From: an uncultured Microbacterium sp.
GTDB taxonomy: Bacteria; Actinomycetota; Actinomycetes; Actinomycetales; Microbacteriaceae
Length of the DNA stretch: 64,000 nucleotides
NCBI GenBank assembly: GCA_964533745.1
Contig: CAZHML010000004.1
Location: forward strand, 3,514 to 67,513
Reading direction: 5' to 3'
Shown: one piece after another, positions 27,323-35,616 of the stretch
How positions within the stretch are numbered: position 1 is the first letter of the stretch
How the letters are laid out: each line of letters starts with the position of its first letter
The notes under the pieces: model-generated
The model's input: the letters and a program-made list of their open reading frames with translations, nothing else
Told to the model about the DNA's origin: nothing
The model's database searches: none
Made by a program: the position numbers and the translations under genes

Positions 27323-28777
27323 CTAAGCGACCGGCGAGGTGGTCGAGAGGACTTTCAGACTTGTGACATCCATGAGGCCTTGCCAGCCGCCGCCGACCGT
27401 CCCCGTGCCGCTCCACCCGAGGCCGGAATGAGGCTGTGAGGGAGCCATCGTTCCGTGGGAGTTGATCCAGATGGTGCTCGTGTTCAGTCTGGGTGCCACC
27501 TGTTCCGCGAGCGGCAAGTCTGAACTCCAGATGGAGCCCGCGAGACCGTACTGTGAGCTATTGGCCAGCCGCACGGCTTCGTCAAGATCATCGTAGGCGA
27601 TGATGGGCAGAACGGGGCCGAACTGTTCCTCGGTGACGATAGGCATGTTGTCGGAGCAGTCCACGAGCAGGGTCGGGGCGTAGAAGTTTCCCGGGGCGTC
27701 GAGCTTCTCCCCGCCAGTGACAACGCGGGCACCCTGAGCGACGGATCTATCGACGATCTCGAGCAGTCGATCCAACTGTCCCGCGGTTGCGAGCGGACCG
27801 AGAGTGGTCGCGAGATCCGCGCCGTCTCCCACTCGGAGTCGCTCCACCTCCTCGATCATCTTCTCGACCAGGGCATCACGTCGATCCCGAGGTACATAGA
27901 CGCGCTTGACGCTGTAACAGACCTGACCGCAGTTCGCAAAGCCGCTGGCAACCAGCCCGCGAGCAGTCGCCTCGACATCGAAGGGCTCGATCACGACCGC
28001 AGCATCGTTTCCACCGAGTTCTAGGATGGTGCGCTTCAGCGAAGGGCCGGCGGCCTCAGCGACCTTGCGACCGGTCTCTGTGGACCCCGTGAAGCTCACG
28101 AGATCCACACCGGGGTGGGTGCTCAACGCTTGGCCGAGCCAACCGCCCCCCGTCAGGACGTTGATCACGCCGGGTGGGAAGTGCGGTGCGATGAGCTCGC
28201 CAAGCGCGAGTGTGGTGAGGGGTGCCACCTCTGAAGGTTTCGCGATTATCGTGTTCCCGGCGAGAAGTGCCGGGGCCATCCGATTGACGCCGATGTTGAC
28301 GGGATAGTTCCAGGGCACGATAACCGCCACGACGCCGACAGGAACCCGGAGCAGTGTCAAGGTCCGGCCAGTCACCGCGTCTGTGCGCACCTCGCGGGGA
28401 ATCTCAAGATCGGCAAAGTAATCGAAACGGGTGACCGTCTTGGCGATCTCCGCTTGAGCCTCTGAGATCGGTTTGCCCATCTCAGAGGTGAGCAGAGCCG
28501 CCATGTCAGCGATCGCGCCCTCGAGCGTCCGTGCCGAAGCCCTGAGTGCCTCTCGCCGCTTGCCCTCGTCCTCGGCCCAGGAGGGTTGTGCGTGCCGGGC
28601 TGCCGCAACCGCGTCGTCGAGTTGATCAGATGTACAGGACGGTGCCCAGGCAGTGATCTCGTTGTTCGCGGGGTTGCGCACGGGGAAGACATCGGCACCG
28701 TCCGCGAGCCGGCCTCCGATCAGGAGAGAGTGCGCTGGAGTGGCCGAGCGACTGGCCAGAGTCTTATCCCGGGCCAT
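27323..28777 (-). CDS. Aldehyde dehydrogenase
   Basis: PWNYP, FTGSTETG, LELGGND, GQVC, EEQFGP. Confidence 0.94.
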   Translation of the reverse strand: MARDKTLASRSATPAHSLLIGGRLADGADVFPVRNPANNEITAWAPSCTSDQLDDAVAAARHAQPSWAEDEGKRREALRASARTLEGAIADMAALLTSEMGKPISEAQAEIAKTVTRFDYFADLEIPREVRTDAVTGRTLTLLRVPVGVVAVIVPWNYPVNIGVNRMAPALLAGNTIIAKPSEVAPLTTLALGELIAPHFPPGVINVLTGGGWLGQALSTHPGVDLVSFTGSTETGRKVAEAAGPSLKRTILELGGNDAAVVIEPFDVEATARGLVASGFANCGQVCYSVKRVYVPRDRRDALVEKMIEEVERLRVGDGADLATTLGPLATAGQLDRLLEIVDRSVAQGARVVTGGEKLDAPGNFYAPTLLVDCSDNMPIVTEEQFGPVLPIIAYDDLDEAVRLANSSQYGLAGSIWSSDLPLAEQVAPRLNTSTIWINSHGTMAPSQPHSGLGWSGTGTVGGGWQGLMDVTSLKVLSTTSPVA

Positions 28778-28779
28778 GA

Positions 28780-29976
28780 TCAGAGCTTGAACAGCTTGCG
28801 TGCTGTCTCACCGAGGATGTTCCGTTTCCCCTGTTCAGAGAGGTAGGGGAGGTCGTAGATCGCGCTGGGCGGATCCCAGTCCCAGTGAGGCCAGTCGGAA
28901 GCGTACATCAGCTGGGTCTCCGCGTTCATGGCTTCAAGGGTGGCCTGGAGCAGCTTCGGGTGCGTCGTCTCCATCGGCTGGGTCGTGTAGTACATCTCCT
29001 TCATGTAGTCGCTCGGGAGCTTGGTGAGCAGGGGAGCATCCGACCGACGCATCATATAGAGGTGGTCCAGCCGCTGCATGAGGAATGGAATCCAGGCGAG
29101 GCCGCTCTCCACCCAGATGACGTTGAGTCCCGGGAATCGCTCGGGGATCCCGCCGACGATCCAATTGGTCATGTGCACGATGTTGCAGTGCGTGAAGGAG
29201 ACGGCGTGGAGGGAGAGGAATCGGTTCGTGGTCCGCATCCACTGATCGCTTTCCCAGTTGAGGGAGGCGTGGAAGGCGATCGGGAGCCCTCGGTCTTCGA
29301 GTTCCTTGTAGATGGGCATCACGGAATTGTCATGCACGGCTGTGTGACGCTGTCCGGTCACCATGAAGCCGATGACGCCCGGTTCACCGGAGAACTCCTT
29401 GATCATGCGGACACTGGCCTCGGTATCTGCAAAGGGCAGATAGAGCAGGCCCTTGATGCGCGGCTCCTTGGAGAGGATGTTGTCGACGTACCAGCGGTTG
29501 TACGCGAAGGCCAGGGAGGACTCGACCTTGGGATCGGGGTGCAATCCGAGCTGCAGCATGGCCGTGGGGAAGATCACCTGGAAGTTTGCGCCGATGGAGT
29601 CCATGGCACGCTCGACGAGTTGGATGTCACGGTGGCGGCCCGGATCGAGAACCTCACCGAGCTTGGTGTTGTGTGGGATTCTGCCCGAGACGTCCTGGAA
29701 TGCATTGAGACCCGGAGCGTAGTTGGAGAAGGCAAGCACACCGCGCTGTTCGGCCAGCCAGGTTCCGTTGTGGCGCATGACCGGATCCTCGATGTTCGTC
29801 AGGATCTGCGTCCACGAGGCGTTTTCGATATGGTGAGCGTCTGTGTCGACGATGAAGAGGTCGTCCAGTCCCCGCTCTTCGGCCTGCTTGCGAGCGTGAG
29901 CGAGGATGTCGCGAGTGTCGGTCGTGGGAGTGATCTCCTGGACCGGAAGTGGCTTGGCGGTTTTCTCGTTGGTCAT
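28780..29976 (-). CDS. Amidohydro_2-fold metalloenzyme, candidate dinuclear monooxygenase
   Basis: DTDAH, IAFH, VESGLAW and SDWPHWD motifs; co-transcribed with a Rieske ferredoxin. Confidence 0.85.
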   Translation of the reverse strand: MTNEKTAKPLPVQEITPTTDTRDILAHARKQAEERGLDDLFIVDTDAHHIENASWTQILTNIEDPVMRHNGTWLAEQRGVLAFSNYAPGLNAFQDVSGRIPHNTKLGEVLDPGRHRDIQLVERAMDSIGANFQVIFPTAMLQLGLHPDPKVESSLAFAYNRWYVDNILSKEPRIKGLLYLPFADTEASVRMIKEFSGEPGVIGFMVTGQRHTAVHDNSVMPIYKELEDRGLPIAFHASLNWESDQWMRTTNRFLSLHAVSFTHCNIVHMTNWIVGGIPERFPGLNVIWVESGLAWIPFLMQRLDHLYMMRRSDAPLLTKLPSDYMKEMYYTTQPMETTHPKLLQATLEAMNAETQLMYASDWPHWDWDPPSAIYDLPYLSEQGKRNILGETARKLFKL

Positions 29977-29994
29977 CTGGCTGTTCCTCGATAG

Positions 29995-30354
29995 TTACTT
30001 CGCTGCAGGAGGCAGGTCGTGTGTTGCATATTGCTCGATACGGGCATGCCAAAGGTTGAACTCGAAAACGCTCAGCTCGATGTACTCAAGCAGAGCCGCC
30101 GCGGCAGTCGCGCCCTCGGTGGTCGTGGTCTCGCATTCCTGGCTCAGCAGTCCGACGATGTTCTCTTCGGCTGCCTGTCCGAAGATACGGGAGCTCAGCT
30201 GCAGGATCCGGGCGATCTGGGCGACATTCTCTTCGGGCAGTGTCTGGGAGAGGCTCTCTCCGTGTTCGAGACATGTCTCTAGCACTGCCTCTGCGTTCGA
30301 GAGCAGATCAGTGAGTGTCATGGTGACGGGGCCGGCCGACTCGGTGGGGCTCAT
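29995..30354 (-). CDS. Small helical hypothetical protein
   Basis: Overlaps the Rieske stop codon (ATGA); C-terminal ALLEYIELSVFEFNLW. Confidence 0.75.
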   Translation of the reverse strand: MSPTESAGPVTMTLTDLLSNAEAVLETCLEHGESLSQTLPEENVAQIARILQLSSRIFGQAAEENIVGLLSQECETTTTEGATAAAALLEYIELSVFEFNLWHARIEQYATHDLPPAAK

Positions 30355-30761
30355 CGTGCTTCTCTTGCGGTCAGCCGGGTAATGTCAACGTAGATCACGC
30401 CATCCGTTTCCCAGGCCTTCACCGGGCGCATCCGGACGCGGGGATTAGTGGGATAGATGCCCGTTCGCAAGTCGAACTCGTAGCCATGCCACGGGCAGGA
30501 GATCTGTGGTCGTTCCTCATCCCAGCGATGCCCTCGCGACTTGCGTTCCTCGTCGAGGATCTCCACCACATTGGGAAGGATCTTGCCCTGACACACGGGG
30601 CCGCCTTGATGGGGACAGCGATTCTCGTAGGCGACCAGGTCCTCGCCAATGCGGAAGAGACCTACTTCGATGGAGCCAATGCTGACGACAAGCCGCCCCC
30701 CGTCGAGTAGGTCTGATGACTTCGCCGCCACGACGACGGCATCCCCCTGCTCCGGTGACAT
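30351..30761 (-). CDS. Rieske [2Fe-2S] ferredoxin
   Basis: CPHQGGP and CPWHGYEFD. Confidence 0.93.
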   Translation of the reverse strand: MSPEQGDAVVVAAKSSDLLDGGRLVVSIGSIEVGLFRIGEDLVAYENRCPHQGGPVCQGKILPNVVEILDEERKSRGHRWDEERPQISCPWHGYEFDLRTGIYPTNPRVRMRPVKAWETDGVIYVDITRLTAREAR

Positions 30762-30827
30762 GGCTCCCTCGCGCTTTCCTTGTTGGGTGGGCTTGTTTTC
30801 ACTATGTCACGAGGGCGATCAGTTGTC

Positions 30828-30954
30828 TAGTGGCAGGATGGTCCTACCACTAAACTCACACGATACTGCACAGGCGAACGGTGCAACTTGTCATTCATGC
30901 CGAATGGTAGGACCATCCAGCCACTTGACAACCCAGTAACAGCACCGCCATTCT
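30828..30954. promoter_or_regulatory. Two FadR-type operators and a promoter in the divergent region
   Basis: TAGTGGCAGGA-TGG-TCCTACCACTA (30828-30852); TGGTAGGACCATCCAGCCAC (30905-30924) abutting TTGACA-18 nt-CATTCT. Confidence 0.72.
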
Positions 30955-31060
30955 AAACGCACGGCTTCCTCTGCGTGCACAAGGTGGTCCGAAGAAAGAC
31001 ATTCCGATAGGGGAGCCAGATGCCACCCCTCACACAACAGCATCCAGAAAGGGTTTTACC

Positions 31061-31927
31061 ATGTCGCAGTCAGTGATCGATGTCCGCGTCGCACCAAGAC
31101 GCCATGGACGCCTCGGGCTCCTCGCCATCGGGGCCACCGTGCTTGCGGTTCTCGTCTTGTCGGTCGGATGTGCTCCGGGCGGCAGCTCCAGCGAAGAAAA
31201 GAGCGAACGAGTGCTTCGCGTCGCGGTGGTTGACAACCCGCCTCTTAGTTCATTGCAGGGAGGCAAGGGGACCGGTGTCTGCCCTGACATGCTCAACGCG
31301 GCTCTCCGGGAAGCTGGGTTCCCCGAGCCCGAGTGGGTCCTCGCATCCGACGACGCCGATCTCGTCGCTGGTCTTGTCGCGGACCGCTGGGACGTGATCG
31401 GAGCCTGTTTGCAGATCAGTCCGGAGCGGTGCGAGTCGATCGCCCATCTCAACCCTTTGGCGACGGACAACTTCAGCGTCGCAGTTCAACCGGGTAACCC
31501 GGCGAGGGTCACGAGCCTTGCCGCTTCGGCACTCGATGGCACGATTCGGATGGGTGTCGTGCGCGGCAGCATCGCCTCTTCTCATCTTGGGGAGGTGGGA
31601 TTCGCCGCTGACCGGACCGTCACCTTCGGCGGGCTCCAGGACGCGCTGGATGCCCTGGACGCCGGCGATATCCAAGGCGTCTTCGGGAGCCGAGCGGGTC
31701 TTTATCAACTCAGCAAGGACGCACACGATCTGGTGGATGTCAACGATGTCGACCTGCATCCCGCTGGTGCTGCTGTCCGGAACGAGGAGGCGAATCTGCT
31801 TGCCGATCTGAACGCTGGTCTCGAGGCGATCAAGGAGAACGGCGTGTTCGAGCGGATCACAGACCAGTACGGACTGAAGCTCAACCGCACCATCCAGACG
31901 ACGGCAGCGGAGATCTGCGCAGGGTGA
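31061..31927 (+). CDS. Polar amino-acid ABC substrate-binding lipoprotein (EhuB-like), no cognate permease nearby
   Basis: SVGC lipobox, SBP_bac_3 pattern (LVAGL..RWDVI..ISPERC), C-terminal TAAEIC. Confidence 0.82.
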   Translation: MSQSVIDVRVAPRRHGRLGLLAIGATVLAVLVLSVGCAPGGSSSEEKSERVLRVAVVDNPPLSSLQGGKGTGVCPDMLNAALREAGFPEPEWVLASDDADLVAGLVADRWDVIGACLQISPERCESIAHLNPLATDNFSVAVQPGNPARVTSLAASALDGTIRMGVVRGSIASSHLGEVGFAADRTVTFGGLQDALDALDAGDIQGVFGSRAGLYQLSKDAHDLVDVNDVDLHPAGAAVRNEEANLLADLNAGLEAIKENGVFERITDQYGLKLNRTIQTTAAEICAG

Positions 31928-31935
31928 TCCCCGTG

Positions 31936-31974
31936 CGAGGCGAGAAACCGCGGGCAAGGTTCCTCGCCTCGCAT
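31936..31974 (+). terminator. Stem-loop after the SBP gene
   Basis: GCGAGGCGAG..AACC...GGTT..CTCGCCTCGC. Confidence 0.55.
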
Positions 31975-32221
31975 AGCGTCATTGGCTACCGCTGCCGCGC
32001 GCCCTTCACTTCGAATCTCTCGCGACAGCCGGGATACTCTTTGTTACGATCACGGTACCGATAGTCTTGGGCCTCAGAGCGCTTGAACGAGGACTGGCAT
32101 GCTCGCCGGTCTGGACAAGGAGACGAGGAGAGGATGGTTCTCGGGTGAGCAAAAAGACCTGGAGCTGCGGCCACAGGGGGCAGCAAAGAGTGCTGTGTGG
32201 CACCGGGTGGGATGGTTGCCG

Positions 32222-32905
32222 GTGACTGTGGGAGAGCAGCTTTTCAGCCCCGTCAAGATCCCGCAGCTGCACGCGGAGGTGCAGGCTCAGATTCGGACGT
32301 TGATTGACAACGGCATCCTCAAACCGGGTCAGACTCTGCCCTCGGAGCGTGAACTTGCAAGTCAGCTCGGCGTGAGTCGCAACAGCCTGCGTGAGGCCTT
32401 GCGGGTACTTGAAGCGCGGGGCATAGTGATCACGCGACATGGCGTCGGCCGCACCATCCGCGAGACCGGTCCCGTGCGAGGGGGGTCGGAGAGCCCGAGC
32501 AATGCGCTGGAGACGGCGACCATCGTGGAGGTGCTCGAAGTTCGGGAAGCGCTCGAATGGAAGGCTGTGGCACTCGCGTGTGTGCGGGCGACGGACGAGC
32601 AATTGCGGCAGATCGAGATATCAGCAGAGGCTGGTGGTGAGTGGGAACACACCCTTGCGTTCCACGCCGCCATCGCCGCAGCGGCTCACAACTATGTGCT
32701 GGAACAGATCATCGTCGATCAGCTCGTTCTCCTGGATGCCCTTCGTCAGCGTGATCGCTACCCATCACCGCGGGACGTGACAAGTCTTATCGCCGAACAT
32801 CGCGAGATCGCGACGGCGATAAAGGCGCGCGATGTGACCAGGTCGCTCGCGTTGATCAAAGAGCACCTGCGCTCTTCGCGCGACAGGGTGGAAGAGGGCT
32901 CCTAG
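32222..32905 (+). CDS. FadR/GntR family regulator
   Basis: LPSERELASQLGVSRNSLREAL; FCD domain. Confidence 0.92.
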   Translation: MTVGEQLFSPVKIPQLHAEVQAQIRTLIDNGILKPGQTLPSERELASQLGVSRNSLREALRVLEARGIVITRHGVGRTIRETGPVRGGSESPSNALETATIVEVLEVREALEWKAVALACVRATDEQLRQIEISAEAGGEWEHTLAFHAAIAAAAHNYVLEQIIVDQLVLLDALRQRDRYPSPRDVTSLIAEHREIATAIKARDVTRSLALIKEHLRSSRDRVEEGS

Positions 32906-32940
32906 CGATGCCAGGTACAGGGAATTGGTGCGATGCTACA

Positions 32941-32988
32941 TGGTAGGACCACCTACCACTTGACGTCATAGCGGAGAACCAATAGCCT
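32941..32988 (+). promoter_or_regulatory. FadR-type operator and promoter
   Basis: TGGTAGGACCACCTACCAC directly followed by TTGACG-17 nt-TAGCCT. Confidence 0.72.
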
Positions 32989-33189
32989 GACACAGAGGTC
33001 ATTCGGGCGAGCGTGAGGCACGCTGACCCGAACCAGAGAGGATCACGATGAGCGCGAAGGGGAGGTGCTTTCCGTGATCAAAGGTGTTGGGGAGGGATTG
33101 GACGTGATCGTGTTCACGATCGCGCATGAGATGAGTGCAGCCGCAAGCACCACCCCCACAAAGCCAAACGAAGAAAGGGGTCTAGTCCA

Positions 33190-34428
33190 GTGGAGATAAC
33201 CAAGGTTTTCCGCCGTGCCACCGTAGTGACCATGGGCGGCGGTGGGGTGGTCGAAGACGCGACCCTCGTTCTCGCCGGTGGCATAATCCATGGCATTTAC
33301 GGAGGGAAAGATGTTCCGGCCGAGGTGCTTTCCTGGATCGAGCGCAATGACGGCGGAGTCGTGGACATCAGCGGCAAGTTCATCTTCCCAGGGCTGATTA
33401 ACCTCCATGATCATCTCGACATGCACGAGGTGCGCGGAAGTATGCATGACCGGGTCTCCCACCCGACGCCGAAGTTGGCAACACGCGCGACGCGCAATGC
33501 ACTCCTGGCTCTCGCCCGAGGAGTGACAACCCTGCGCGATCTTGGTTCCAAGGACTCCACCAACGTCGTTATCCGCGAGGTCATCGAGCAAGGATTCTTC
33601 ATCGGGCCGCGTATCCTCGCCTGCGGCCAGATGATCTCAGCCACGGGCGGACACGGACAGCCGTTGTGCGCCGAAGGCGACGGGCCTGATGTGCTGCGCC
33701 GTGTCACACGGGAGCAGGTCAAAGCTGGTGCAGACGTCATCAAAGTCTGCGCGTCGGGTGGTGTCGTTGCCATGCCGCGTGAGAACCCGTGGGCCCAGCA
33801 GCTGAGCGATGCCGAGTTGACGGCGATCGTTGAAGAAGCCGACCGTTTCGGGCTGCGGGTTGCCGCTCACGCGCAGCCGCCGGCGGCGATAAAAGCGAGC
33901 GTGCGCGCGGGGGTGACGACGATCGAACACGGTGCCTTCCTTGATGATGAGTCGGCTGAGCTCATGGTGGAACACGGAACCTATCTCGTCCCGACGATCG
34001 ATGACTCCTTCGCCGTCGCCGAGTTCGGGGACATCCACGGTCGCCCGGAGTGGATGCGGGAGAACGCCCGCAAGAGCATCGTCCTGCGCCAGGCGAGTCT
34101 CAAGCGAGCCGTAGAAGCTGGTATCCGGTTGGGTGTGGGCACCGATGTCGTCGGAAAGATGGGTCGTGAGATGCAGCACATCGTCGACGCCGGTGCTGAC
34201 GTGAACACAGCGATCGCCGCCGCGACCAGCATGGCCGCCGAGATCATCGGCGTGGAGGGGATCGGCTCCATCGAATCGGGCAAGGCCGCCGATCTCGTCA
34301 TCCTCTCTGAGGACCCGCGCAGACGTCTCACCGCGTTCGACGACGCGATCGAGCTTGTGGTGCGCGATGGCCACGCAATCACTCCGGAGGCCCTTTTTCA
34401 GGTCTGCAACAACGGGGCCATCGTCTAG
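33190..34428 (+). CDS. Amidohydrolase (Xaa-Pro dipeptidase/ochratoxinase-like subgroup)
   Basis: PGLINLHDH, ADVIK, AAHA, TIEHG, GTD. Confidence 0.9.
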   Translation: MEITKVFRRATVVTMGGGGVVEDATLVLAGGIIHGIYGGKDVPAEVLSWIERNDGGVVDISGKFIFPGLINLHDHLDMHEVRGSMHDRVSHPTPKLATRATRNALLALARGVTTLRDLGSKDSTNVVIREVIEQGFFIGPRILACGQMISATGGHGQPLCAEGDGPDVLRRVTREQVKAGADVIKVCASGGVVAMPRENPWAQQLSDAELTAIVEEADRFGLRVAAHAQPPAAIKASVRAGVTTIEHGAFLDDESAELMVEHGTYLVPTIDDSFAVAEFGDIHGRPEWMRENARKSIVLRQASLKRAVEAGIRLGVGTDVVGKMGREMQHIVDAGADVNTAIAAATSMAAEIIGVEGIGSIESGKAADLVILSEDPRRRLTAFDDAIELVVRDGHAITPEALFQVCNNGAIV

Positions 34429-35616
34429 ATGAAGTTCTCACATCGCACCGAGAATCTTCACACGACGGTGGACCTGTTCCCCAATCTGTTCGGTGAAGCA
34501 ACTCCGGGTCAAACGAATCTCGGCCCCGGCGACCCGCGTCTCCCGATTCCCGAACATGTCGTCCGATCCGTGGAGGAATCAATCCGCGATGGGCGCACCG
34601 GGTATACCAATGCGTCGGGTATTGCAGATCTCCGGGCGGCTGTGCAGGACTACTTCGCCGTGCACCACGGCGTTGAGTATGCCCGGTCGGAGGTCATCGT
34701 CGGCGTCGGATCCAAGCAACTGCTGACCAATACTTTGCTGGCTACGGTGAACCCGGGCGATGAGGTCATTCTCATCGCGCCGTACTATCCGGTCTACCGG
34801 CAGATGGTGCTCTTCGCCGACGGTACGCCAATCGTGGTCCCGTCGCGTTCGGATGACGGCTTTCGGCTTCCGGTTGAAGGCATACGGAGTTCGCTGACCG
34901 ATCGCACTCGCTGGATCATTGTCAACTCGCCGAACAACCCTTCGGGGGTCGTCTGCAGCAAGGAGGAACTCGCGGCTCTCGTGGATGTCGTTGCTGATCA
35001 CCCTGAGGCCGGGATCATCAGCGATCAGGTCTATGAATTGCTGACCTTCGATGGACAGGTCGCGCCCTCTTCGGCGTCCGTAAGCGAAGAGGGTAGGCGA
35101 CGTACCTTAGCGATCTCAGGCATCTCCAAGGCCTATGCAATGACCGGCTTTCGGGTTGGATTTGCCGCGGGCGACTCGGAGCTCATGGCCATGCTCGCCC
35201 GATTGTCGTATGTGACGACCGCGGCCACGGCGACTTCGAGCCAATATGCCGCCCTTGCTGCACTGACCGGGCCGCAGGACGTAGTTGCGGTCGGGCAGGC
35301 TCGCGGCCGACACCTCGCACAGGTATGTCAGGAAGTCCTCGAACGTGAGGGTCGGCTTAGCTTCGTCGCCCCGCAGGCTGGGATGTACAGCTTCGTCGAC
35401 TGCTCGCGTCTACTCGGTACCCATACATCAGACGGTCGTGCGATCAGGACTGATATCGATCTCGTGGAGTTCTTGGCGATCGAAGCGCGGACCCAGCTGA
35501 TGCCAGGCACCCTCTTCGGCTGCCCGGGAAACCTCCGTGTCACATTCGCGGTCGAGGAAGAAGAGTTCCGAGCGGCTCTCACCAGAATCGTTGAAGTGTT
35601 GAAGGCGTTGAAGTGA
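34429..35616 (+). CDS. Class I PLP aminotransferase (AspC-like)
   Basis: NSPNNPSG, SDQVY, SKAYAMTGFRVG. Confidence 0.9.
   Translation: MKFSHRTENLHTTVDLFPNLFGEATPGQTNLGPGDPRLPIPEHVVRSVEESIRDGRTGYTNASGIADLRAAVQDYFAVHHGVEYARSEVIVGVGSKQLLTNTLLATVNPGDEVILIAPYYPVYRQMVLFADGTPIVVPSRSDDGFRLPVEGIRSSLTDRTRWIIVNSPNNPSGVVCSKEELAALVDVVADHPEAGIISDQVYELLTFDGQVAPSSASVSEEGRRRTLAISGISKAYAMTGFRVGFAAGDSELMAMLARLSYVTTAATATSSQYAALAALTGPQDVVAVGQARGRHLAQVCQEVLEREGRLSFVAPQAGMYSFVDCSRLLGTHTSDGRAIRTDIDLVEFLAIEARTQLMPGTLFGCPGNLRVTFAVEEEEFRAALTRIVEVLKALK

Noticed and set aside
31986-32186. 66-aa minus-strand ORF between the SBP and FadR genes
   Set aside because: No clear RBS, motif or codon bias; it cannot be supported without a homology search.
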